This document shows positions 26,904 to 36,148 of a stretch of 64,000 bases of DNA, piece by piece. The notes beneath the pieces are model-generated. The model made no database searches. It saw only the letters and a program-made list of their open reading frames with translations, and had not been told where the DNA came from. Position 1 is the first letter of the stretch. Every line of letters starts with the position of its first letter. The position numbers and the translations under genes are program-made. Origin of the DNA: a virus; the IMG/VR virus record IMGVR_UViG_3300043803_000951, positions 4,473 to 68,472 of that record; one strand, written 5' to 3'.

Positions 26904-27271
26904 GCGAACAATCTTCAGGGCCGTTCAAGAACCAGGACTGGGGGCTTAAATTCCGCGACAAGTGGTCGTGCAAGGTCACGATGGACTGCATTCGTGCGAA
27001 TGCAGAAGCCATTGCTGCGCTGATTGAGCCGATGCTTAACGGGGTTCCTCCTAGTGGGACGGCAAGTGGCGACCTGAAGGGAACGTATCCAAGCCCGCGG
27101 ATTGACTCGATTGTTGGCTACGACGGTCATGGTATTGTTCTCTCTAGGGGCGCATTCTTCATCTACGACATCAGCAGTGGATTCTACCATAGGCTCTACA
27201 TCGACTCGGACGAGACTGGGTTCCCGCAGACAATCCTTGGCCCGGCAAAGACTTACGCAGAAATCATCTGA
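26900..27271 (+). CDS. Hypothetical fibre-related protein
   Basis: PSGTASGDLKGTYPSP motif typical of fibre repeats. Confidence 0.6.
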   Translation: MSEQSSGPFKNQDWGLKFRDKWSCKVTMDCIRANAEAIAALIEPMLNGVPPSGTASGDLKGTYPSPRIDSIVGYDGHGIVLSRGAFFIYDISSGFYHRLYIDSDETGFPQTILGPAKTYAEII

Positions 27272-27275
27272 TCCC

Positions 27276-30200
27276 ATGAGGAAACTTCTACCATTTTTAC
27301 TGGCTGCGTTTTCCGCCCTTGGCGCGGACGTGCTTACCCCCGGGCTGTTCTATCGGACGGACACCAGGGTTGTTGGTGCTACCAATCTTTACTTCGTAAA
27401 CCAGCACATCACCAACTCCACGATCAATGGGGTGTCCAGCGCGGCCATCGCGACCAACAGCGCGGCCAACAAACTCGACATCACCAACGGCACCGCCGTT
27501 AACCTCACGGGTGTTTTGACCGGCGTGCGGTTGGACGGCACCACGCTTTACGGCGGCGACGGGAGCAACAATCTGACCGCCAACACCATGTTTGCCCTCG
27601 GGCTGCGCGGCGTCAACGGTGAAACGGTCAGCGTGTATCCAACAGCGCACACAACCAAAAACATCGCCAGCCTCGTTGGACTCAACACCGGACTGGTAAC
27701 CACCAACGCGACCGTCGAAGTGCGCGGTTATTACGAGCCCGGCGACGGTGGCGGCGGGACGTTCTATTACGCGCCGTTTGAGGCGACCAACAGCGGCACC
27801 GTGTTTCAGTCGGGCAGCGGTTCGTTCGTTTGGAAGCGGCTGCTCGAAGGCCCCGCCATCGACATTCGCTGGTTTGGCGCCCGCAACAACGGTTTCCAGA
27901 CCAACGAGGTTTACGATTCGACTGCCGCCATTGAGGCCGCGGTGGATTATGCGAACGCCACCGGCTCGGCTGTATTCATTCCCGAAGGTGAGTGGATTTC
28001 CAGCGGCGGCCACGAACTTGACGGAATCCGCATGTATGGAATCAAGGAGTTGAACCGCTTCGGTGTGGGCGGTCCGAGCCCGTTTAACACCAACGCCACG
28101 TCGGTTTTGAGGCACAAAATCGGCGCGACCAATCACATGGTTCGGCTGTTGCGCGGCGCTCAGACAGACACGTTCAGCATGCTTGGCCGGCGTTGGTATA
28201 ACCGCCGCAACGAATACACGATTACGGCGTCAAGCTCGTCCACAATCACCGTCGCCACCAACGGCTTGCCGGCGGACCCGGCAAACCCGGCAATTCTTCC
28301 ATATTACGGTGTTGGACTTCTTTACACCGCCGAGGGCGTCAACGCGGGAACGATGGTCTTCACCGACATCAATCAGACAACTGGTGTGCTTACGTTCTCA
28401 TCGACGTTTGACTATTTTTGCACCGCGACCAACGGCCTGATTCCTGCCGGCTGGAAGGTAAGCATAAGCCCGACAGCCAACCTCTACAATCCGCGCACCG
28501 ATGCCTACACGACCGATTTCATTGACCCCACGCAAGCGGGGTGGAATGCCATTCAGGTAGATGGCGACCATTGCCGCATTTACGACATGACCCTCTACGG
28601 GTTCCACGTCGGCGTGAGCATTGGAAACGTTTACTGCACCCGCGTTGAAAATCTCACGTCGCAGGGCATGGCGCTGGCCAACATTGCAAAATCCAATCCG
28701 TTCTACGGTTTCGACAGCTACATTTCCGGGCTTTCGCTGCAATGCAGCTACACCGAGGATTTATACAATCCGCAGGCGAGCGGGGCGCCGCTGGAATACA
28801 TCGGTTCGCTGCTGGTTGGCACCGACATCATGGACGTGGCCGCCCGCTACACGCCGTTTGGCATCATGTTCCCGTCCAACGCGGACCAGTTCAACGGGCG
28901 CACGGTCATCGACCTGCCCATCACGGGCGTTTGGTTCGGTTCGCCGAATACGCTGACGTTCGACGACCTATTGTCCGACAGCGCGTTGCATTTCGGTGTG
29001 TTTGGAGAATATGGCAACAGCGCTCAAACCAGCTTCATCATCAACAACGCCAAGTTGCGAAGCCCGGCCGAGGCCAGCCCATCCGTTCCGCCGTATCAAC
29101 TCGCCCGCCCGACGAAGTGGACCAACCCGACGGCGATGTGGGTGAACAATCCCAGCGCGACGCGATTCAATATTGGTGTGTTGGACATTCCCGACCTAGG
29201 ACTTGGCAGCGGGCAACGCTTTACTAGCGGGCTTTACTTCGCGCCGGGCGGCACCGGCACCCGGTCAGTCGGCACGCTGGCAAGCACCCAAGGCGCCACC
29301 AACTTGCTCAACGGTTCCTCCGACGGCGTGACGTTCGGCATCGGTCACAACGGCTCGTTTGACGTGACTTTGGATGACTTGACGGCAACCAACAGCGTGA
29401 CAGCCGCGACGGTGACCGCGACTGGTTCCGCAACCGTGGGCACGGCCGCAAACGGTCTTTCGCTCACAGTGAACGGCGGCACCAGCGGCACGGGAATGTT
29501 GCGTCTGGTGCGCGACGGCGTGGGGACTAATTCCATCGGCGTGGGAACGCGGGCGCTGACGTTTCGCGAGACGACGCAAAACCGGACCTTCGCCCAATTC
29601 GATACGGACGGTTCCACGCTCAACCGCCTCACGTTCGGCGGCAGCGCCACCACGACTCCTCGGGATGCCTATATCGTCGGCGAAAATGCCAGCGGAACGG
29701 ACCAAGCGGGCAAGATACTCTACGTCCGCCCCGGCGCCGGCACGGGCAACTCGACCAGCGGAGGTTCGATTACATTCCAGACGCCGGACGCGACGAGTTC
29801 CGGGTCAACCCTTCAATCCCACACGTCCAAATTCACCATCCAGCGCGACGGCGACATTGCGATTGGTGACGCCGCCCAGATTGAGTTCGGCACCCGCGCC
29901 GCGCTGTCGTCGCCTTCGACGGGCGTGTTGAGTGTGAGCGGGGTGAAGCTGGCCACGCAGCCCGCCACGGAGACGCTCACCTACTCAACTACCAACGTGA
30001 CCATCACCGCGGGCAAAGGGCCGATGCAACGCAGCCTGCTGACGGTCACGAACGACTTCCAGTTGCTCTGGTCGGGATTGACGGACAACGACGGCGGCGT
30101 GGTGCATCTGATTCCAGCGACCACCAACGTCAACGTGCTCGTCAGTTCACCCGGCCGCGCCGCGGGCAGCTCCGCCGCGACGGCAACGGGCTCAACCACG

Positions 30201-30302
30201 CTCACCATTACCGGCGCCACGAACGGCTGGGCGGAACTCGCGTGGAGCGTCGTGTCGGTCGGTGGAACCAACCGTGTGTCGGTCAACCTTGGAGCTTACT
30301 GA
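27276..30302 (+). CDS. Tailspike/fibre-like protein with pectate-lyase-like beta-helix and N-terminal signal peptide
   Basis: RGYYEPGDGGGGTF; DIRWFGA...DSTAAIEAA...VFIPEGEW; start MRKLLPFLLAAFSALG. Confidence 0.8.
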   Translation: MRKLLPFLLAAFSALGADVLTPGLFYRTDTRVVGATNLYFVNQHITNSTINGVSSAAIATNSAANKLDITNGTAVNLTGVLTGVRLDGTTLYGGDGSNNLTANTMFALGLRGVNGETVSVYPTAHTTKNIASLVGLNTGLVTTNATVEVRGYYEPGDGGGGTFYYAPFEATNSGTVFQSGSGSFVWKRLLEGPAIDIRWFGARNNGFQTNEVYDSTAAIEAAVDYANATGSAVFIPEGEWISSGGHELDGIRMYGIKELNRFGVGGPSPFNTNATSVLRHKIGATNHMVRLLRGAQTDTFSMLGRRWYNRRNEYTITASSSSTITVATNGLPADPANPAILPYYGVGLLYTAEGVNAGTMVFTDINQTTGVLTFSSTFDYFCTATNGLIPAGWKVSISPTANLYNPRTDAYTTDFIDPTQAGWNAIQVDGDHCRIYDMTLYGFHVGVSIGNVYCTRVENLTSQGMALANIAKSNPFYGFDSYISGLSLQCSYTEDLYNPQASGAPLEYIGSLLVGTDIMDVAARYTPFGIMFPSNADQFNGRTVIDLPITGVWFGSPNTLTFDDLLSDSALHFGVFGEYGNSAQTSFIINNAKLRSPAEASPSVPPYQLARPTKWTNPTAMWVNNPSATRFNIGVLDIPDLGLGSGQRFTSGLYFAPGGTGTRSVGTLASTQGATNLLNGSSDGVTFGIGHNGSFDVTLDDLTATNSVTAATVTATGSATVGTAANGLSLTVNGGTSGTGMLRLVRDGVGTNSIGVGTRALTFRETTQNRTFAQFDTDGSTLNRLTFGGSATTTPRDAYIVGENASGTDQAGKILYVRPGAGTGNSTSGGSITFQTPDATSSGSTLQSHTSKFTIQRDGDIAIGDAAQIEFGTRAALSSPSTGVLSVSGVKLATQPATETLTYSTTNVTITAGKGPMQRSLLTVTNDFQLLWSGLTDNDGGVVHLIPATTNVNVLVSSPGRAAGSSAATATGSTTLTITGATNGWAELAWSVVSVGGTNRVSVNLGAY

Positions 30303-30303
30303 G

Positions 30304-31044
30304 ATGACCCGCATCCTCCTTTCCCTCCTGCTCGCGCTCACCTGCTACGCGCCGACGCCGCTTTTCTTCGCGCAGAATGGGGCGATGACGGCGGCGTTTA
30401 GCCCGGCGGATGTCAGCGGGCTCAAGCTATGGCTGGTCGCAGGCGACGTGTCGGGGGCCGATGGCGACACGGTGCAAACTTGGTCAGCGCGCACCCCGAC
30501 CACGATCAATGCGACGCAATCCACGTTGGCATCTCGCCCAACGCTTCAACTTTCTGAGATCAAAGGGCAGTCGGCCATCCTGAGCGACGGGGTAAATGAC
30601 TTCATGACGCTCAGTGCGTCAATCGTGACAACGGGAAGCTGGACGGTGATTACCGTGCAGAAGCGACTTTCGTCCGGCGGGCTCGGCGGAAGTCTTGGCA
30701 ATAACGTCGGCGTTGTTCCACCATTTGCGGCACTCGAATACGGATCGCTTTCTCGGATGTATATCGCGAGCCGGACAGACCAGAAATACTCCACAATTCC
30801 GTCGCACGCCTACCATGTCATCACCTCGCAGGACAACGCCGGCACGTTGGTCATGCGCGTGGATGGCGTTAATCAATCACTGACTGCGGCGGCAACAACC
30901 GGGTCGTCGAACTTTGAGCGAATGTTCTCCAGATTAGGTGAATATTGGGGCACTTACATCGCTGAAATACTCGCTTGGGAACGGGCGCTGAACTCAACCG
31001 AACTCGGCCAGATCGAAACCTACCTGCTCGGGAAATACTTCTGA
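30304..31044 (+). CDS. LamG/concanavalin-like lectin domain protein with signal peptide
   Basis: FSPADVSGLKLWL...DGVNDFM...IAEILAWERALNSTELGQIETYLLGKY. Confidence 0.75.
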   Translation: MTRILLSLLLALTCYAPTPLFFAQNGAMTAAFSPADVSGLKLWLVAGDVSGADGDTVQTWSARTPTTINATQSTLASRPTLQLSEIKGQSAILSDGVNDFMTLSASIVTTGSWTVITVQKRLSSGGLGGSLGNNVGVVPPFAALEYGSLSRMYIASRTDQKYSTIPSHAYHVITSQDNAGTLVMRVDGVNQSLTAAATTGSSNFERMFSRLGEYWGTYIAEILAWERALNSTELGQIETYLLGKYF

Positions 31045-31415
31045 TGAGAACGCTGCTCACATTTGTCGCGGGCCTCACTGCGCTGGCCCAGACCAGCACC
31101 ATCGTCATTGTCCCCGCCGCCCTACGCGACGCGGCCAACGCGCTGGCTAAGGCTGAGTTCGACCCGGTTGGCGGGGAGTTCACGTTCACCGCCGCGCTGG
31201 TCACGCCACCCGCGACCAACGTGACGCACTTCTGGTGTGCGGCTCCGTTCTCCGCGACCAATCGCACCAAGCTCAACGTGTTGACCAACACACCACCATT
31301 TGCCGGCGTGACGCTGGTGCTAGACTACGACCTCACCAACGGCGCCGCGCCCTTCGAGTTCCTCGCCACCAACGGCCTCGCGCCCTACTCGCCGTCACCT
31401 TTCCAAACTCCGTAA
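31044..31415 (+). CDS. Hypothetical protein with signal peptide
   Basis: MRTLLTFVAGLTALA-Q; coupled start. Confidence 0.65.
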   Translation: MRTLLTFVAGLTALAQTSTIVIVPAALRDAANALAKAEFDPVGGEFTFTAALVTPPATNVTHFWCAAPFSATNRTKLNVLTNTPPFAGVTLVLDYDLTNGAAPFEFLATNGLAPYSPSPFQTP

Positions 31416-31461
31416 TTTGCGGATTGCAATCCAAGCCAACCCATAAGAATCTACAACCACC

Positions 31462-31659
31462 ATGAAGTCCTGGAAGACAACCATCGCTGGCGTTGGCGCA
31501 ATCCTCACCGCTGTCGGCCACGCCCTATCCGCCCTTTTTGACAACGACCCGTCCACGGTAGTTCAACTGGACGTTACCGTTGGCGCAATCCTTGCCGGTG
31601 TTGGCCTCATTGCCGCCCGCGACAATGGTGTTACAAGTGAACAGGCTGGGGTGAAGTGA
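31462..31659 (+). CDS. Putative holin
   Basis: MKSWKTTIAG, two hydrophobic helices, GLIAARD. Confidence 0.65.
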   Translation: MKSWKTTIAGVGAILTAVGHALSALFDNDPSTVVQLDVTVGAILAGVGLIAARDNGVTSEQAGVK

Positions 31660-31829
31660 ACTGGATTGGCCAGATTGTAACCGCGCTGCTCCGCTGGCTA
31701 CAAGGGCTGGCGGAGCGCGACAAAACCATTCAAGATGCAAAGACTCCGAAGCCTATTCGTGACGCTTGGGCTGGTTATCTGCGCGACCGGCTGCCTCCCA
31801 AAGACGGTGGTGGTGGACAGCCAAAGTGA
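31656..31829 (+). CDS. Putative i-spanin-like protein
   Basis: Hand translation MNWIGQIVTALLRWLQG...; overlaps lipoprotein gene in another frame. Confidence 0.45.
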   Translation: MNWIGQIVTALLRWLQGLAERDKTIQDAKTPKPIRDAWAGYLRDRLPPKDGGGGQPK

Positions 31830-31950
31830 CGTGGTGAGGATCGGCCCGAACGTGAAGGGATCGGTCTACATCTATCGCGATGGGCAATGGGTCCGCACCG
31901 GCAAGGTCCATTTGCCTGAAGGTTGGTATGCCGGACCAGGACCCAAATGA
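31735..31950 (+). CDS. Putative o-spanin-like lipoprotein
   Basis: Signal peptide with lipobox ATG-C. Confidence 0.6.
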   Translation: MQRLRSLFVTLGLVICATGCLPKTVVVDSQSDVVRIGPNVKGSVYIYRDGQWVRTGKVHLPEGWYAGPGPK

Positions 31951-32150
31951 ATCCATCTATCGGAACGCTGTGGCGCTTCAAGGAACTCAACGACGAGACC
32001 CCTGAGGAGGTGGCCAAAAACCGCTTCGTCGTTGTCGCTCACGATGACGGATGGGTTGAATACACCCAATATGACCAATCCTTGCCCACCCGCCGGCCCG
32101 TCTCCGAATTCCGCAAGCTGTTCGAGCCTATCCTACCATCCATTGAATGA
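31947..32150 (+). CDS. Hypothetical protein
   Basis: ATGA overlaps. Confidence 0.55.
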   Translation: MNPSIGTLWRFKELNDETPEEVAKNRFVVVAHDDGWVEYTQYDQSLPTRRPVSEFRKLFEPILPSIE

Positions 32151-32638
32151 CGAATGACCCGGAATCAGGTGTGGTTGAATCCAACCTCCCGGTCGTAAAT
32201 CCCAAGATTGGCAAGGGAAAAGCCAAGCGGAAGGCTATGACCGAGGTGGAGGCCAAGGCTGCCGCCAAGGCGCTTGGGCTTAACCTGATCACCGGTCAAT
32301 ACATCACCAAGGCCCACCAGCTTGGGCAATACCTTGAGGAGCAGGGGGCTGTTCAGGTAAGCCGGTCGATGTATCTGCTGACCACCGAGCATGCCCTGCT
32401 GGCAGCGGACAAGGTGATGGGGATGATGGATGAGAAAGGTGACCCAGAGATGACCCTCTCCCTGTTCAAGGCCCACCAAGGCTACCTGTCCATCGTCCAG
32501 TCGGCGGCAAATGGTATTGCCAAGGCCAGTCAGATTGTGGAGCCTACCGATGGAGAGGCTGTCAGGATGCCGCCCCCTCCTGGAGCGGTGGTGCAAATCA
32601 CTACCACCGCCCCATTGCAGGTAAACCAATCCGCATAG
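32147..32638 (+). CDS. Hypothetical protein
   Basis: Fits tiling. Confidence 0.65.
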   Translation: MTNDPESGVVESNLPVVNPKIGKGKAKRKAMTEVEAKAAAKALGLNLITGQYITKAHQLGQYLEEQGAVQVSRSMYLLTTEHALLAADKVMGMMDEKGDPEMTLSLFKAHQGYLSIVQSAANGIAKASQIVEPTDGEAVRMPPPPGAVVQITTTAPLQVNQSA

Positions 32639-32641
32639 CTT

Positions 32642-33109
32642 ATGCCATACTTTGTCCGTTACGGTATCACCCGTCCGCTGCGTATTCCCACTGGAGACAT
32701 CGTTCCCTTCGAGTCCATTGGGGACGACACGGGCCTGCTGGAAACCAATAACTCCCTCACCTCCTCCGAGCTTCGGAAGCTGCAAGCCCAATCAAAGATG
32801 GGTGTGAAGGAGGTGAGTCCAGAGGAGTTCGCCGAGCTAAAAAAAAAGGCGTCCGCTGGCGAATTGCGACTGAGATCAGTGAGGAGTCGAAGCGCCGAGC
32901 CAGAACTACGGGTGGAGCGATTGGAGCAGCCCCAAAGAAGTGCTGCGGACGGAAATAACCTGCTGGACCCCACGGTGGGGAACAGCCAGAAGCCCGGGAA
33001 CGGCCACCCACTGGAAGTGCCGGACGAAATCCCATTGCCACCATCCATCAAGGCGGCTACCAAGCCGGTCGCAGCCAAGCCGAAGAAGAAGGCTGCTGCC
33101 GAGGAGTAA
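32642..33109 (+). CDS. Hypothetical protein with -1 frameshift signal
   Basis: CTA AAA AAA AAG at 32837-32848. Confidence 0.65.
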   Translation: MPYFVRYGITRPLRIPTGDIVPFESIGDDTGLLETNNSLTSSELRKLQAQSKMGVKEVSPEEFAELKKKASAGELRLRSVRSRSAEPELRVERLEQPQRSAADGNNLLDPTVGNSQKPGNGHPLEVPDEIPLPPSIKAATKPVAAKPKKKAAAEE

Positions 33110-33112
33110 CCC

Positions 33113-33925
33113 ATGATGACATTCGCCGAGCTGTTCACGGAAGTATCCAACAACGTGTGGCCTGAGGGCCGCTCGGCACGATTGCTTACCCTCCACAAGA
33201 CTTGGCTACGGGACTGCCTGATTGACGTTCAGCGGAAGGTCAAGTGCTTCCAAGTATCCCACATCCACTACGTCGGCCTCCAGTCCACTTACTTCTCCTG
33301 CGGGGCTTCTGTGTTTGAGGCTCCCCAGGGTGGAATCATCAAGGAATTCTGGACCGAGGACAACGAAACCCGCTGCAAGAAGGTCCATGGGTTGCCCCAG
33401 ACCAAGGACGCCTTCCAATGCACGCTGGAGAGCAAGGCTAACTGCGCTTGCACGGACATCGAGGACCCCTACCAATACTACGCGGTCGGGGACGACTACT
33501 ACGCCTACCCGGAACTCCCGCTTGGCCTGAAGTATCCGGACGAGACGGTGGACAGCGACAGCCGCTCCTGCCTGCGGTCCTTCGCCATGTTCGACGGGTT
33601 CATCTGGACCTTCCCGGCACTATCCTCGCTGGAGACGGGCGTGCTGCGCTGGGACGGAATCAAGAAGACTTGGCAGGACACCGACATCGTTCAGTGGGTG
33701 GATGACGAGGGTAGCGTTGACCGCGACCTCATCAAGGCTTGCGAGCTGTATCTGGAATACAAGAAGGCCCGCAAGGAGAACTGCGACAACGACGACTCCA
33801 GAATCTACCTGTCAGAATACAACGCCCATATTTCTGACATGATTATCGACTGCAAGCGCAGCCACCGGCTTCCCGACGGACGTTCCTGCTTCACTGCCTG
33901 TGGTTCAGGAGGTTCCTGTGGCTGA
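33113..33925 (+). CDS. Putative head-tail adaptor protein
   Basis: MTFAELFTEV N-terminus, size and position; Cys-rich. Confidence 0.5.
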   Translation: MMTFAELFTEVSNNVWPEGRSARLLTLHKTWLRDCLIDVQRKVKCFQVSHIHYVGLQSTYFSCGASVFEAPQGGIIKEFWTEDNETRCKKVHGLPQTKDAFQCTLESKANCACTDIEDPYQYYAVGDDYYAYPELPLGLKYPDETVDSDSRSCLRSFAMFDGFIWTFPALSSLETGVLRWDGIKKTWQDTDIVQWVDDEGSVDRDLIKACELYLEYKKARKENCDNDDSRIYLSEYNAHISDMIIDCKRSHRLPDGRSCFTACGSGGSCG

Positions 33926-34172
33926 GTATCAGGGCAGGAAGGTGAAGCTCAACACGCCCTTCCGGACTCCCGGAGAGCGGAAGAAGCGAGCTGTCTACGT
34001 CCGCAACAAGAAGGGGCGCGTCATCAAGGTTCGCTTCGGCGACCCCAAGATGGACGACTTCAGGTCCCACAAGGACCCGAAACGCCGCAAGAGCTTCCGG
34101 GCTCGCCACAATTGCAGCGAGAAGAAGGACAAGACCAAGCCCGGATACTGGGCCTGTTCTTACGGGTGGTAG
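33918..34172 (+). CDS. Small basic conserved phage protein
   Basis: KVRFGDP...RRKSFRARHNC...PGYWAC motif. Confidence 0.75.
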   Translation: MAEYQGRKVKLNTPFRTPGERKKRAVYVRNKKGRVIKVRFGDPKMDDFRSHKDPKRRKSFRARHNCSEKKDKTKPGYWACSYGW

Positions 34173-34173
34173 G

Positions 34174-34827
34174 CTACACCATCGCCTCATGGCCCGGGTC
34201 CAACATGCTCATGGCATTGTCCATGACCCGGTGCTGGATGTCTGACTCGTTCTCATACTGGACGAACAGCCTTGGCTGAACGCAGTAGGCTTTCGCTGTT
34301 GGCAGGTGGTTCGAGATCAGGCAGTCAATCGGACCAACCCCGTGGATGTGTGGGCAAATCTTCCTGGCGAACTGATGGGTCACCGCGTAGCTGGAAGTGG
34401 TCATCATCGTATTCACCCGGATGATTGAGGGTGATAGGCGTCCCTGAGGCTTGGAGGCGTATCCTCCTCCGAGATACAATGCGTCCCAATCCTCGGGAAT
34501 CTCAGGCAGAATCTTCTCCCATTGCTCCCTGAACGGAAGCCGGTCAACGGCATGGTCGGCATAGCGTCCCGGCTTCACCTCGTCCGCGTCATCCTCAAAA
34601 ATAAGCGTCCGCTTCCAGCCGTGGTGGGAGATCAGCTCAAGGACGCCACGATGGGAGGCGGTGCAACCGTAGTTCCCGCTGAATGACCCGTCCGGCATGG
34701 AGCCTTCGTGGGCCTCGAACCGGTCAGCCGTAATCCCGGTTGACCTACACATCTTCAGGAAATGATACCACCGGTCAGTTCTGGAGGCGCGGTTGATGCA
34801 GATGATCTTGTCGAAGTAGTCGTTCAT
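34174..34827 (-). CDS. Glycosyltransferase family 25-like
   Basis: CINRASRTDRW, GCTASH, LIFEDD, DWDALYLG. Confidence 0.85.
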   Translation of the reverse strand: MNDYFDKIICINRASRTDRWYHFLKMCRSTGITADRFEAHEGSMPDGSFSGNYGCTASHRGVLELISHHGWKRTLIFEDDADEVKPGRYADHAVDRLPFREQWEKILPEIPEDWDALYLGGGYASKPQGRLSPSIIRVNTMMTTSSYAVTHQFARKICPHIHGVGPIDCLISNHLPTAKAYCVQPRLFVQYENESDIQHRVMDNAMSMLDPGHEAMV

Positions 34828-35372
34828 TTAAGTCGGTAGTTCTCCCAGCAGAAAGGGGCGTCGTAGGTGAGTTCGTGGGTTTCCAGCAGGCGGGTCCGGA
34901 TGGCCTCCCATCGTTCCTGGAAGTTACTGACTACCCGGTGGAACTGGACTTGGATGTTCCTGACCATGGTGACCTTCCCGCTGTCCAGCAGGGCTTCGAG
35001 AATCTCGTATTCAGCTCCCTCGCAGTTGAGCTTCATAAGGTCAACGGGCTCATCCACGACCTCGTTCACATCAACGATTTCCACCTCCACCTCCTTGTCT
35101 GACTCTGCCCACATACCCGTGGAATCCCCCTTGACGCCAATAATTACAGTCCCATTTCTTCCGCCGATGGCGAATGGGAACAGCTCGATAGAGGGGTGGA
35201 GCTTATCCTTGATGGCCTCATGGAACACCGGCTCAAAGCACCAAACCCTACATCCGTAGCGGCGGTGGATTTCGTTGGCGAAGCGGCCCTCAAACCCGCC
35301 CGCGTCAAATACGAGGCTGGATGGGTTGAGCGGGTATTCGTAGCGAATCTCCTCGGTAAACGGCTTCATCAT
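34824..35372 (-). CDS. FkbM-family methyltransferase
   Basis: VFDAGG..G, CFEP, DLMKLNCEGAEYEIL, IQVQFH. Confidence 0.9.
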   Translation of the reverse strand: MMKPFTEEIRYEYPLNPSSLVFDAGGFEGRFANEIHRRYGCRVWCFEPVFHEAIKDKLHPSIELFPFAIGGRNGTVIIGVKGDSTGMWAESDKEVEVEIVDVNEVVDEPVDLMKLNCEGAEYEILEALLDSGKVTMVRNIQVQFHRVVSNFQERWEAIRTRLLETHELTYDAPFCWENYRLK

Positions 35373-36049
35373 TCTTCCTTCAGGTGTAGTTCAGTGTTGT
35401 CGTCAAGATTGCAGAATCGCGGGTGGTTCCCCTTCACGAACGGAACATCGTGTTCCTTGCCACCCTCAAGCCCGTCGATAATGGGGCTGTAAACCTCCCC
35501 ATCCCCAAGGGTGGCGGCCCACCAGGAGAAGGTGGAGTTGCCGCGGAATAGCACGTCCGCATGGACCATCGCAAGAAAGTCCGGCACGAACGAAAGGCTG
35601 TCCGGAAACCCGCAGCTATCACTCTTGATGTCGTCGCTGACCATCTCGTAGTCGCGGAATCCATGGCGGGGAATCTCAGTGGCGTAGGACCTCATTGACA
35701 CCACCGGGTAGCCGTAGCCGAGGTAGTCCCCGGCCCGGCGGTGGGCGAGGACCTTCTTCTGGGATTGAACCCTGCGTCTGACCATCTTCACCATGCTGTT
35801 GGCTGGCCGGAGCCACTTCTTCAGTTGGCTGCGGGTGTAGATGAGGTCCTTCTGGCGCTGCCGGTATTCCCCGATCTCCAAGTCATCCTGATGGCGAGGG
35901 CGTGTGGTGGGAATCCCGAAGACGATGTTGCCTTCCCAAGGGGGTGTAATCAGCTCCTTTCCCTCAATCTCCGAGAGGGCCTTGGCGTAGGCCCATTGGA
36001 ACAGCTTGTTACCGAACCGTCCGATCAGCGGTGTATAGATGCCTGCCAT
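35369..36049 (-). CDS. GT11 alpha-1,2-fucosyltransferase-like
   Basis: GRFGNKLFQWA, HRRAGDY, SDD, NSTFSWWAA. Confidence 0.85.
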   Translation of the reverse strand: MAGIYTPLIGRFGNKLFQWAYAKALSEIEGKELITPPWEGNIVFGIPTTRPRHQDDLEIGEYRQRQKDLIYTRSQLKKWLRPANSMVKMVRRRVQSQKKVLAHRRAGDYLGYGYPVVSMRSYATEIPRHGFRDYEMVSDDIKSDSCGFPDSLSFVPDFLAMVHADVLFRGNSTFSWWAATLGDGEVYSPIIDGLEGGKEHDVPFVKGNHPRFCNLDDNTELHLKEE

Positions 36050-36148
36050 TGACTGGCGCGACTATTGCCGATGGGAAGCCTTAATCAACCACTAAATCGA
36101 ACATTGCCTATTGACTGAGAGCCGCAGGCTCCCATCCTCACCCCGCCG

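Noticed and set aside
27276-31415. Diversity-generating retroelement targeting the fibre
   Set aside because: No reverse transcriptase and no template/variable repeat pair seen
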